34,129 nt of DNA from Octopus sinensis (taxonomy: Eukaryota), in assembly GCF_006345805.1 (NCBI RefSeq), contig NW_021829933.1, positions 1 to 34,129 on the forward strand. The letters run 5' to 3'. The position numbers and the translations under genes were made by a program. Under the pieces are notes generated by a model. The model was not told where the DNA came from and did no database searches. It was given only the letters and a program-made list of their open reading frames with translations. Positions 12,584 to 23,573 of the stretch are shown here, piece by piece. The number at the start of each line of letters is the position of its first letter. Within the stretch, counting starts at the first letter, position 1.

Positions 12584-13919
12584 ATATACATGTGTATATT
12601 TAAGGATAACCATTAGGTGGATAACCAATATGCTAGAAAAAGATCACATACGATCTAACTACAAAGAAAAGAATGTTCTCTAGAGAAATCCAGCAAACAC
12701 CAGAACATAAGCGGGCAAGACAGATGAGAATATATAAAAATCAAGAATTAATCGTGGACAGGTTTCGTCTATTACCGATAAATTACTTACGTAATTTATA
12801 TATATATATATAGTGAGAGAGAGAGAAAGAGAACGGGAGATGCATATACATATATTTATACATATGTATGTGTCGTTATGTATCAATATATAGATTGATA
12901 TGTCTATATGTATGTGTATGTTGTATGTATAAGGAATTAGACATAGATGGACCTCACAGGGTGCATCTAAGTTCGTCTAATTGAGGTATATATTCACTGA
13001 GAGTACTCTAAAATTGTCAGAAACTCGTTGGGTCGATGATCAATGCTTGTGTGTAATATATAAAGAAAGAAATAAACGGAAAGAAGTAATCTGAAATATA
13101 CCCCCCAAAAAATCTCAGTGATATGCATATTTAACAGATCGCTTCACGGGTTCGATCTTATGGCATCTCTGATTTAAATTTGCGTTTAGTTACTATTGCC
13201 ATGTTTGGTGATTTTTATACCCGCTATCAATAAACCATTCATGCAGTTTACAAACGCGTCCAACCGACATATATTACAGCCAGTCACATTTCGTAGTAGC
13301 CCTAATACATACGGGGATTTATCAAAATAACGGATTTAGTTTTAGTGCCAAAATACAAACAGACATTTTTCACCTTACATTCTGCTTCCTCATTTTTCTT
13401 CATAATAACTATATCTCCCCCTTCTCTCCCTCACGCACACACACATACACAAAACATTTTTAGTGTTTGCTCGATGAAATTATCTTGCAACTTTTATTCA
13501 GCCTGACCCTAGATTCAGTTGACAACAACATCATCTGAACTCTGCTCCGCACCTTGTCCGAATAAAAGTCTTAACAACCACACAACAATATACACAAACA
13601 TCTACATATCTACGGTTTAATATTTCATGTTCTCTTCCTGTCTAAACATAAAAACGTGACTATACAGCAGTTAAGTATAAATGACAGCCACTAACAGTGA
13701 GGAGGTAAAGGACGAAATGGAACAAGGTTTTGTTTCGTTTTTGGTTTTAAATTTTCAAATTTTGAGAAGCGGCTTTTTTAAGTAGGTAATTTTTCACTTC
13801 AGTTATTAATCCTCTGTAAATGCAGCGATTAATGCCTTTGGCAGGAAAAAAAGAAAAGGACTTAACTGAATTAAAGAAAATTTCAAAGTGTTATTTAAAT
13901 TCTTTTTCACCATTAATCT

Positions 13920-15096
13920 CTTAATTGTTTCAGTCACTGAAGTGCGGCCATGCTGGGGCACCGCATTGAAGAGTTAGTCAAACAAATCGACTCCGGTACT
14001 TATTCTATCGCTCTCGTTTTGTCGCATCACTAACTTATGGTCAAGTAAACAAACCAGCACCGGTTCGTCAAGCGGTGGTGGGGACAAACACACATGTATA
14101 TGTGTGTGTGTGTGTGTGCATATATGTGTCCTGTACTCATATATGCGTGTATATGTACATGTAGAGGTAGGTACGTACATATATGTTTATATATATGCAT
14201 ATGTTTTAATTTATTTATTAATATATTATATGATGAAACGCACGTACCCCCTTAATTAAGATTGTTCTTTATATCAAGTTTTTGTTCTTGATATTAACTC
14301 TCACGCGCACTCTTAACCTTTCTGTCCCATCCCTTTCTCAGCCTTCATTCTTTGTTTTCCTTTTCCTCTACTTAACTTGTCTCTTCCTCTCTCTCATTCT
14401 TCACTCTCTCCCCCCCTCCCCATTCTTCATGGTTTCCTCACAGCCATTCCCCTTCTTCTCTCCCTTTCTCTTGCTCCTCCTCCCCCCTTCCCGTCGTTCA
14501 CCCGCGACGTGACTTCCGCCTTCCAGTCGTTCACCCGCGACGTCACTTCCGCTGCTGTCTCTCTCGCCTGGCTCTTTCAAAGTAATGGACGTCACTCTTT
14601 TTCCTCCGCTCGTCGTCCATAAAAAATTCTGCGTTTGTAATACTTTTTTTCGTTCGGCGTCAACAGCCCTTCTTATCTTTTTTTTCCTTGTCCTGTCTTC
14701 TACTGTTTACAATTTGCACTGTCGTTACTGTCCTGTTGTTACTATTTTTTACCCCTCTGCGAAAAGATCTCAGAATTTTAATTGATTTGCTTTTCGCAGG
14801 AAGGAAAGATTTCTTGTCGAAGATACGTCTCGCATTTATCCTTCGAAACGTAGAGTAGATGAAAGCTTTAGCGACTGAAGAAGGGTTTTTTTCTTTGTGT
14901 TAATTGTTCTGTATTCTATTTTTTTTTGTTTTTAAATATATGTCCAGTTCCTTTGGTTTGTGTCTATGTTTTCGTTTCTCATTGTGTTCGACGTCCTTTT
15001 GGTGTCCTGTACTCATATATGCGTGTATATGTACATGTAGAGGTAGGTACGTACATATATGTTTATATATATGCATATGTTTTATTTTATTTATTA

Positions 15097-15153
<57 letters not shown>

Positions 15154-15256
15154 CGAGCTTCTTTCAGTTTCTGTTTACTAAATTCATGCACAAGGCATAG
15201 TAAAAGATACTTGCCCAAGGTGAAGAAAGCTTCTTCAGGACAAAAGCCATGCCCTT
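13920..15256 (-). mobile_element. SINE family A split by an insertion (3' half 13920-14097, 5' half 15151-15256)
   Basis: Both halves align to SINE A on the minus strand and are separated at the SINE's internal TA/TG tract by element 14126-15107. Confidence 0.75.
14126..15107 (+). mobile_element. Family P non-coding element with 106-bp terminal direct repeats
   Basis: 14126-14231 matches 15002-15107 with 1 mismatch (period 876 bp). Interior has a CT-rich head, a short tandem CGTTCACCCGCGACGT(G/C)ACTTCCGC and a hammerhead-like CGAAAC..GTA..CTGAAGA segment. Confidence 0.7.
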
Positions 15257-15469
15257 CACCTCTACATTTTATTTCTGTTTCTTACAAACTTCTATAAATC
15301 CATCTCTAAATACCGAGCGAGAAAATATTTTTGAAACATTATTTACTTTCTTTAAAATTTTCTAATGCAAAAACAAACGTTCTTTTCCCTTAGATTAAAC
15401 GAAATAATTGATAGAATTGTGAAGACAGCCGTACGTGTATCTATCCACATGGACTTAAATACACCCACA

Positions 15470-16188
15470 TAGACAAACACAAAATACTTACACACCCATT
15501 AGTTCACGTGTTCTCACAAATATACGCCTATTAACACACAGGTATAGCCCTGTGGTTAACATTTTTGATTTACAATCACGTGGTTCTAGTTTCGATCCTA
15601 CTGGAGCAGCTCGAATCGACTAAATCTTTGTGGGGAATGAATTAGGTCCTCGAAAACAGAACAGAGGCGCAACAGAGGGATTGAACTTGTTATTGGTAGA
15701 TTTAGTCCGCCACCCGCTTTAAACCCCAGCCTTTCGGAACCATTATTGCACTTAGCAGCGTCCGTAGCAGTCAAATGAAGCAGCTGGTCTGAGCATAGCA
15801 AAACGGTCACGGATTCTTTGTTCCTTTCCTCCATCAGTCTCGGATCACCTGAGAAAAGATCCTACACCCTGTCCTTTGAGACTCGAGGTATTTGTTCAAC
15901 TCACATCCCGTTCTGATATAGTATATATCAAAGATGATGATACTTGAGATGAGGGCATGACCGGAGAGTTTGCGCAAGGGAACAGTCGAGTAAGCTGTTT
16001 GATTCATTTTCCTTGTATTGGACCCCAAAGGATGTAAGAATCGTTAGCACGCCGGGATAAATGCTTAGTGGTGTTTCGTCTGTCTTTACGTTCTGAGTTC
16101 AAATTCCGCCGATGTCGACTTTGCCTTTCATCCTTTCGGGGTCGATTAAATAAGTACCAGTTACGCACTGGAGTCGATGTAATCGACT
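15470..16188 (+). repeat. Local duplication copy 2 (paralog of 9442-10160)
   Basis: Collinear with copy 1; differs by a 9-bp deletion and a compensating pair of 1-bp indels. Confidence 0.95.
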
Positions 16189-16564
16189 TTCTCCCTTTGT
16201 CTGTCCCCTCTACGTTTATCCCCCTGTGGGCAATAAAGTAATAAATATTGACAGGATCTGAGCTCGGAATGTAAAAGGACAAAACTAAATACCACAAGGT
16301 ATTTCGTTCACCGCTCCACCGATTCTGTCAATCCACCAATTTAATGATTGCTTCTACTTTAAGCTCAAAAACAACAGTATTGATGGAAAGGGTTGAAACG
16401 ATAGCATAGATCACAATACTCGACTGATATATCCTGGAAGAATGAAAAACAAAGCTTACCCCAATGAGAGTTGAACTCAGAAACTGAAATACTGCAACAA
16501 TTGCCACAAGGTATTTGACCAGCGCTCTAATGGTTCTAGTAATAATTTATAATGATTTTCTTTT

Positions 16565-16760
16565 AATAATCCTTTCTACTCTAAGCACAAGACCTGAAAT
16601 TTTGTGGGTGTGGGGTTGGTCGATTACATTGACCCCAGTGATTGACTGATACTTATTTTATCGACCCCCAAAAGGATGAAAGGAAAAGTTAGCTTCGGCG
16701 GAATTTGAACTCAGAACGTAGAGACGATGAAATGCTGTTTAAGCGTATCATCTCGCTGCC
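16565..16760 (-). mobile_element. SINE family B
   Basis: Reverse complement of the family B body and tail (GGCGGAATTTGAACTCAGAACG, AAAGGATGAAAGG, CACAAGACCTGAAATTTT). Further decayed fragments at about 16250-16540 and 17030-17125. Confidence 0.8.
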
Positions 16761-16783
16761 TTATTATCTTTTAATAATGATTA

Positions 16784-16786
<3 letters not shown>

Positions 16787-16840
<54 letters not shown>
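16787..16840. repeat. (TG)n microsatellite
   Basis: Directly visible. Confidence 0.98.
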
Positions 16841-16844
<4 letters not shown>

Positions 16845-17751
16845 TGTGGGTGTGGTTAAAAATCTTCCCCTTCTGTTGCCTTCCCCGAGCAAGTTAAAAC
16901 TTATACTGTCTCTGAATGCAACTACTTTGCTGAGGTAACGAACTTATCTTGCCTGTTATCTCAACCACTACTCTGAAGGTATGATATAGAAAGTGTAATA
17001 CAACGTCCATTGGTGGACGTTCTTCTTCAACATGCGGCATTTGAACTCAGAACATAAAGCCTGAGTTCAAAGGAAGAAATGCTATTAAGCCTTTCGTTCA
17101 GTAACGATCTTGCCTGCTCACTGCCCTACTCTTACCAGGATGATATATTAAAAATATTACTTTCCATTTCTGCTTATATTAATCCATTTGACTACAATAT
17201 GTCTACATATGTCACATGTAATACTTCTATATCTGCTTTTTTTTTTTTACCTCATTACTTCCGTACCCTTTCCATTAAACAACACTCTCTCACTGGGGAC
17301 ATTATTGCCGCTATCAACATGATTTTTACAAAGTGTTTCCTCTGCCTCCTCACCTACCGTTCCCAACCTACATATTTACCAACAACACCCTTGGGTCTAA
17401 ATTTTATTCACCACAATCCTTATCCAGACACTTTAGTTTATCACTCGGGATACTCTGCTTTCAACACCCGTTTGTCTTCGTATCCATCTCCCGGCCATGT
17501 GTATATATTCTTAGTACAGCATCTATCTTTAAAGTGATTCCGCTTCAATATTTTTCCTGCCAAATAATTTTGCCGACGCAAACGCCTTCTAGTTTGTCTG
17601 TGCTGTGTTTATATTTACGCGCGCGCACACACGTGCACACACACACATATGTATATGTATGTATGTATATGTATATGTGTGTGTGTGCATATGTGTATGT
17701 ATGTGTACACATACACACACAAATATACAAATATAACGGTTAAAAGATATA

Positions 17752-19032
17752 TTAGGTGATTAAGAATGAAATGTCCGATTTTCTTAAGCACTAAGTTTGA
17801 CAGTCGTTAATTCTAATGTTTTATCCTGACAATTCTTTGTTTTACAACATTGAAGAGTTACATCTTCACTTTTCGAAATGCAATTCATGGTGTCTGATTA
17901 TATTGTGAGTTTTCTCTTGTAAATCAATTTTTGTGAACCTATGGATAGATAAAAAATTCGTGTTGTTTATGAACATGAGTTCCGTCGTGGAACCAGTATA
18001 TCCCAGACATCTCGAAACACCAATGAGATGTTTGGTGAAGCTGTTGCGAATGAGCGTACTGTACATCGGTGGTTTGAGAAGTTCCGGTCTGGTGAATTTA
18101 CTCTTGAAAATCAGCCCCGTGTTAAACCTGAGACCATGGTGGATAATGATGAGCTGGAAACTCTAGTGGAAGCAGATACATCTCAAGCTTCGCGTGAGTT
18201 AGTAGCAAGGTTTGATGCTTCAATTCCAACTGTATTGGACCATCTGAAATAAAACGACAAGGTAAAGAAGCTGGACAAGTAGGTACCACACGAACTGAAC
18301 GATCATCAAATGACACGTTGTCTTGAAACTTGCTGTTCTTTGCTGTCACGGCATAAAAGCGAACCATTTTTGCATCGTATTGTTACGTGTGATGAAAAAT
18401 GGATTCTTTTCAACAATAGCAAACTTTCTGCACGGTGGTTGGATAGAGACGAAGTGCCAAAACAATCCAAAAAAGAATATTTACCAAAGCTAATGGTGTC
18501 TGTTTCGTGGTCCAGCGCAGATATCGTCCACTACAGCTTTATGAGACCTGGCAAGTCAATTACAGTGGATTTATAGATCAACCAATTGGATGAAATGATG
18601 AGTGAACTTGCAATTAAACAACCGAGATTGGTCAATAGAGACAGGCCAATTCTTTTGCAAAGCAATGCACGGCCACATATTGCACATAGAACGCTACTCA
18701 AGTTACAGGAACTGAACTTAGAAGTACTGTATCATCCACCGTATTCACCAGACTTTGCACCAGCTGACTATCACATTTTCCAAGCTTTAGACAACTTTTT
18801 GCAAGGAAAAAACTTCAAATCTGAAGAAGATGCAAAAACAGCCTTTCCATGATTTCATCACCTCTTGCTCTTTAGAATTCTTCTCTGCCGGAATAAATAA
18901 GCTACCGATAAAATAGCAAAATTGTGTTGATAATTTAGGTGCATACTTTGATTAACTGCATCGCTTTTTGTTGAGATAAAAGTAAAATAAACTTTCAGTT
19001 CAAAATCGGACATTTCATTCTTAATGACCTGA
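17752..19032 (+). mobile_element. Full-length defective mariner, 1281 bp, cecropia/Hsmar1-like
   Basis: 31-bp TIRs at 17752-17782 and 19002-19032 (TTAGGTGATTAAGAATGAAATGTCCGATTTT, 2 mismatches). TA target duplication at 17750-17751 and 19033-19034. Confidence 0.97.
17941..18955 (+). pseudogene. Mariner transposase pseudogene (DD34D)
   Basis: MDR*KIRVVYEHEFRRG..FGEAVANERTVHRWFEKFRSG (HTH), *VPHEL, IVTCDEKW, QSNARPH (second Asp mutated to Ser, 34 residues to the third Asp), HPPYSPDFAPADYHIF, ends GAYFD*. Multiple stops and frameshifts. Confidence 0.95.
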
Positions 19033-19040
19033 TATGTATT

Positions 19041-19375
19041 TTATTCTCTTATATTGTACATGGTTCAGTCATTGGGCAGCAGCCATGCTGGAGCAACTCT
19101 TTGATGGGCGTCAGTCGAACTAATCGACCCCAGTACTTTTTTTAAAGTCTGGTGGTTATTTCATAGGTCTCTTTTGCCAAACTGCTAATTTGCGGGAATC
19201 TCAACAAACGGAGAGCGGTTGTCAAGTGGTGTGATGGAGAAAAAAAAAACACAAACACAAAGACACACAAATATAAATAGTCTTCTACCATAGATTTGTG
19301 CTAAGTTAGAAGACACTTCCCCCAAGGTGCTGTGCTGGGGGAATGAACCCGAAACTACGTGGTTACAAAAAGCTG
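19041..19375 (-). mobile_element. SINE family A, diverged
   Basis: Reverse complement of the family A tail (GCCATGCTGGAGCA, TCGACCCCAG) and head (AGAAGACACTT..CCCAAGGTG..GAACCCG). Confidence 0.75.
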
Positions 19376-19652
19376 ATAGTATTCTGAGGCTCGCAGTATT
19401 AAAGACAGCAACTCTAGTTTTGACGCTGCTGTTAATAAAGCGAAGAATTTACCATCATTTACAGAAGTTGTTGAAAGCTATGCATAAATACAAAATGTTT
19501 CTAAACCGTGCAGGAATTTGGCCAAGAATGTCTTAATTAAAGAAATGTTTTAAATAAATAAATAATCTAATGCTTGAATATAACCATTACTTGGAGTAGA
19601 TTGCTGAATATGCAGAAGAGCTCTTAATAGTTTCTCTTCGTTTAAACAATAT

Positions 19653-19653
19653 A

Positions 19654-19684
<31 letters not shown>

Positions 19685-19759
19685 ATGTATGTATGTATGT
19701 ATGTCTATGTACGTATGTATGTATGTATGTATATGTATGTATGTATATATGTATGTATG

Positions 19760-19793
<34 letters not shown>

Positions 19794-19820
19794 TGTATAT
19801 ATATATGTATGTATATATGT
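19653..19820. repeat. (TG)n(TATG)n microsatellite
   Basis: Directly visible. Confidence 0.97.
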
Positions 19821-20052
19821 ATTCTTTTTATTCTTTTTTTACTTGTTTCAGTAATTTTGAACGCGGCCATGCTGGAGCACCGCCTTAAAGGGTTTTAGTC
19901 GAAGAAATCTACCCCAGGACTTATTCTTTGTAAGCCTAGTACCTCTTTTGCCGAACCGCTAAGTTACGGGGACATAAACACACCAGCATCGGTTGTGAAA
20001 TGATGGTGGAGGTACAAACGCAAACACACACACACACACAAATATATATATG

Positions 20053-20087
<35 letters not shown>

Positions 20088-20252
20088 GTGCGTGTGTGTG
20101 TGTGTGTATACGATGGACTTCTTTCAGTTTCCGTCTACCAAATCCACTCGAGGTCGGTTCGAGGCTATAATAGAAGACACGTGCCTTAGGTGTCACGCAG
20201 TGGAGCTGAACCCGGAACCATGTGGTTGGGAAGCAAGCTTCTTACCATACAG
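19821..20252 (-). mobile_element. SINE family A, near full length
   Basis: Reverse complement of 1636-2049, including the internal microsatellite. Confidence 0.88.
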
Positions 20253-20421
20253 AGAGAGACATACATACATGATACATACATACATCAACACGCACATGTG
20301 CACATACTCACATGCATACACACATACACACGGTTAAACCATTTTAATCACTAATAATGCTCTTCACCAATTAAGCAGTTATTGAGGAAAAAAATACTAT
20401 TAAATGGATTATTGCTTCTAG

Positions 20422-20479
<58 letters not shown>

Positions 20480-20593
20480 CAAAAGAGGGAGCGGTGTTTC
20501 CACGCAGGAAAAAAATATAGGAAAATGTGTTGTTGAAAATGTACTTAAATTTCAAAAGCTCGTAAATGTTTAAAATACATTTATTTACATATA

Positions 20594-20635
20594 TACCAAA
20601 CTAGTTTCAACAATATTTTTTGTTTATCAATGGTA
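20594..20635 (-). ncRNA. Decayed minimal type I hammerhead (PLE-type)
   Basis: Minus strand: TACCA-TTGATAA-ACAA-AAAATA-TTGTT-GAAA-CTAG-TT-TGGTA. Stem I TACCA/TGGTA, stem II AACAA/TTGTT, palindromic ACTAGT stem III. Core CUGANGA is mutated to TTGATAA. Confidence 0.55.
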
Positions 20636-20951
20636 CGTAAAAGTGTAAAATTAGAAAAACATCGTTATAAGTTTCAATGTTGACAAATCAAAATGTTTCA
20701 ATGTTGATAAATTATCATCTTCAAAACAGAAGGTGTAAGTTTGAAAATAAAACTGTATATTAATTTGTTAGAATGTACAAGGTTCATTAATTCCAGTAGT
20801 GGTCGACAAATCATACTGAAAAAAACAAGTGTTAGAATTGAAATAGTAAAAAAAAAAGAAATTTAGTTTACGGTTTCTTAGATCTTCTTTAAACAGTCGC
20901 TTTCGCTTGTAATGGTATGTTTAGAGAAAGATGTATTTATAAATTTTTTTC

Positions 20952-20997
<46 letters not shown>

Positions 20998-21004
20998 TGT
21001 GCTG

Positions 21005-21250
21005 CTGAGCCACCCTTCGGTCATGACTGACCATGGGATTGCACCTAGAAAGTTACCCTCCCAGGCACAAGACCGGGCAAGGTTGTTTATGGAAGACCAG
21101 CAGTCACCCATGCTCATTTCTTGTGCTGAGTGAACTGGAGCAACGTGAAATAAAGTGTCTTGCTCAAGATCACAACAAGCAGCCCGGTCCGGGATTCGAA
21201 CTCACAACCTCACGATCATACGCTCGCCGCTCTAACCACTGAGCCATGCT
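21005..21250 (-). mobile_element. tRNA-derived SINE, family C (CORE-like middle)
   Basis: Minus strand: ATGGCTCAGTGGTTAGAGCG (A box), GAGTTCGAATCCCG (B box), TCTTGAGCAAGACACTT, then a distinct tail. Confidence 0.85.
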
Positions 21251-21256
21251 TCCTTT

Positions 21257-21288
<32 letters not shown>

Positions 21289-21310
21289 ACACACACCTAC
21301 ATATATATAT

Positions 21311-21368
<58 letters not shown>

Positions 21369-21496
21369 GGCAATACTCCGGTATGCTTCAGTCAAATGAC
21401 TGAAACAAGTAAAAGATAAGAGATATATCTTCGAATATACGTGTGTATGTTATAACGTGATATACGTAAATGTTGGTCGGTATTCGTTCTGTAGTC

Positions 21497-22395
21497 ATTA
21501 TTTTTTATGATTTGACGTCACTCAGGTTTATCTTACTCCAGCTAGAACTTATGTGGGTCGTGGGTTACTTTCTGTAACTTTAGATATCCGCAAGCTTTTA
21601 ATAATTCTCTCAAGTGTTCGAAATCCTTCAGATAATCTTTCCTGTTCCCAATAGGCAAACTTTCTGTAGACCTCTACACGATATTCTATTCCAATCGCTT
21701 TCAACCATGTCTCTATATCATTACACTTAGTGCCTAATGCACCAGCTATTACAGGCACAACCTTCACAGATTTCGTACTCCAAATTCTTGCAATTTCAGA
21801 TTTAAAGGGATTGTATTTTTTACTTATTTTTCATCTTTCTTTACAATCCTGGAATCAAACGGATATGATGGATCAATTAATTAACAACTTCGGTTTTTCG
21901 TTGGCTATCATTGTTATATCTGCTTTATAATTTTCTTTCTTCTTATCCGTTTGAATTGGGAAATCCCATAAAACCTTGCATTTCTCCGACTCAAGCATTC
22001 TTTCAACCCGATGACTATACCAAATACTACTAGCTTCAAACCCCCATTCCTTACAAGGCTTCCAGTGCAAAAGTTTCACAATTTCGTCAAGTCTCCATTT
22101 CTTATATTCTCCCCGAGCCAACTTGGAATATTCTGCAACAATGTGTGCCATCGTTTCCTCCCAAATTCCACGCACTCTACATTTCGCTGCCATCTTCTCT
22201 CAAAACACATCTTTCCTCAAATTTTTTGTTTTTAATGTTTGGTCTTGAGCTGTTATAACAAAGCTGTCTGTTTCTTTTTGTTTTAATTGCCCCTCTTCTT
22301 TTTAACCAAGTCAGGATTTTGTTCCACATATATCCATAGTAGCTTTCCAAAAAACTGACCATGCAGATGTTTCTGTCTGAAGTGTTCTCTTTGAA

Positions 22396-22397
<2 letters not shown>
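21497..22397 (-). mobile_element. 5'-truncated decayed Dong/R4-type non-LTR retrotransposon (copy 3)
   Basis: KCRV..EETMAHIVAE (CCHC remnant), LHWK, KVLWDFPIQTD, KVVPVIAGALG (restriction-like endonuclease tail). The 5' junction abuts (TAA)n at 22398. Confidence 0.85.
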
Positions 22398-22433
<36 letters not shown>

Positions 22434-22597
22434 TATTATTATTATTATTATTATTATTATCATCATCATCATCATCGTCATTATCATCATCATCATCATC
22501 ATGATCATCGTCATGATATGATCATCGTCATCATCATCATCATCATCATCATATCATCATCATCATCATCATTATCATCATCATCATTATTATTATT
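22398..22597. repeat. (TTA)n(TCA)n microsatellite
   Basis: Directly visible. Confidence 0.97.
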
Positions 22598-23132
22598 GAG
22601 TGTGAGAACAGTGCATGGCATGAAAGTGATACAGGGCTACAAATATACGAAGCCCAGTATATCTATCATAACTACCCGTCTGGTAAGAGTACACCAAGCA
22701 CATGCCTCACAACCATATGTTCGTGACACGGTGATCTCATATCAAGATAAACAGCGAATGACCTTGCAGTTAAAATTTTCTTCAGGTCGAGCGGCCCATC
22801 CCGCTCAAGATGTCCCTGAATAAGGGTTGTTTAAGGATGATGAACAAAAGACCCATGTTTCCAGGGGGGAATTATTTGGACTCAAAGAATTCCTTTCAAC
22901 ACATGTCAATGATGTTCCTCCACTACTTCTGCTCGTGATCAGAGATGCACATATCGTCAGCCACTAAGGGGCATGCTCAACTGGTTACGGTCAAACAACT
23001 GAGAAGCAAATCTGTGATATTGAGCAGAATATTTACTGTAGTCCATCTTTTATACCAAGACAAAACAATGTACATGATAACACTTCCAGTTAAGATTAGA
23101 AGCCATGTGAGCCACTGCCTGGTACTGCATCA
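22598..23132 (-). mobile_element. Non-coding ~535-bp element ending in (AAT)n, probably a non-autonomous retroelement
   Basis: GC-richer block bounded by ATC/AAT triplet repeats, no recognisable protein, internal hairpins (TCAGG..GAGCGG/CCGCTC..CCTGA). I recall similar sequence as an octopus repeat (unverified). Confidence 0.5.
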
Positions 23133-23198
23133 TCATGATCGATGTAATCGACTAGTCCGCTTCCCCAAATTTCAGGCCTTGTGCCTATAGTAGAAAGG

Positions 23199-23199
<1 letters not shown>

Positions 23200-23253
<54 letters not shown>
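23200..23253. repeat. (TTA)n tail of a SINE family B 3' fragment (23138-23200)
   Basis: The SINE tail CTTGTGCCTATAGTAGAAAGG runs directly into (ATT)n. Confidence 0.9.
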
Positions 23254-23254
<1 letters not shown>

Positions 23255-23261
23255 ACAGTGG

Positions 23262-23573
23262 TTTTTAACGGGTAGAGAGCTGAACCATCATGGGGTACAG
23301 CGCATTCGCAATCTAGACTAAGGTCTGAAGGTTTACCACACCATAGTGGGTTACACCATGGTTCCTCTGCTTTGTGGCAGAAGTAGGAAGAAAGATTGAG
23401 AGAAAATTATGGTGAAAGAGTACAGCGGGGTTCAACACCACCACCCGCCGGAGCCTCGATGGAAATTAGGTGTTTTTGCTCTATAAACACTCACAATGCC
23501 TGGTCTGGGAATCGAAACCGCGTTCTTACGAACGCGAGTCCGCTGCCCTAACCACTAGGCCATTGCGCCTCCA
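23262..23573 (-). mobile_element. tRNA-derived SINE, family D
   Basis: Minus strand: GGAGGCGCAATGGCCTAGTGGTTAGGGCAGCGGACTCGC..GGTTTCGATTCCC (A and B boxes), then non-tRNA body. Confidence 0.8.

Noticed and set aside
12935-13035. Hairpin AATTAGAC..GTCTAATT and CTGAGAG..GAAACTCGTT hammerhead-like boxes
   Set aside because: No stem I pairing and a non-canonical core; insufficient support.
17040-17071. 11-bp inverted repeat TTTGAACTCAG/CTGAGTTCAAA
   Set aside because: Local rearrangement inside a SINE B fragment; no independent significance evident.
23495-23573. tRNA-like sequence on the minus strand (similar heads at 9540-9580 and 21180-21250)
   Set aside because: No proper acceptor stem and it continues into SINE body, so it is a SINE head rather than a tRNA gene.
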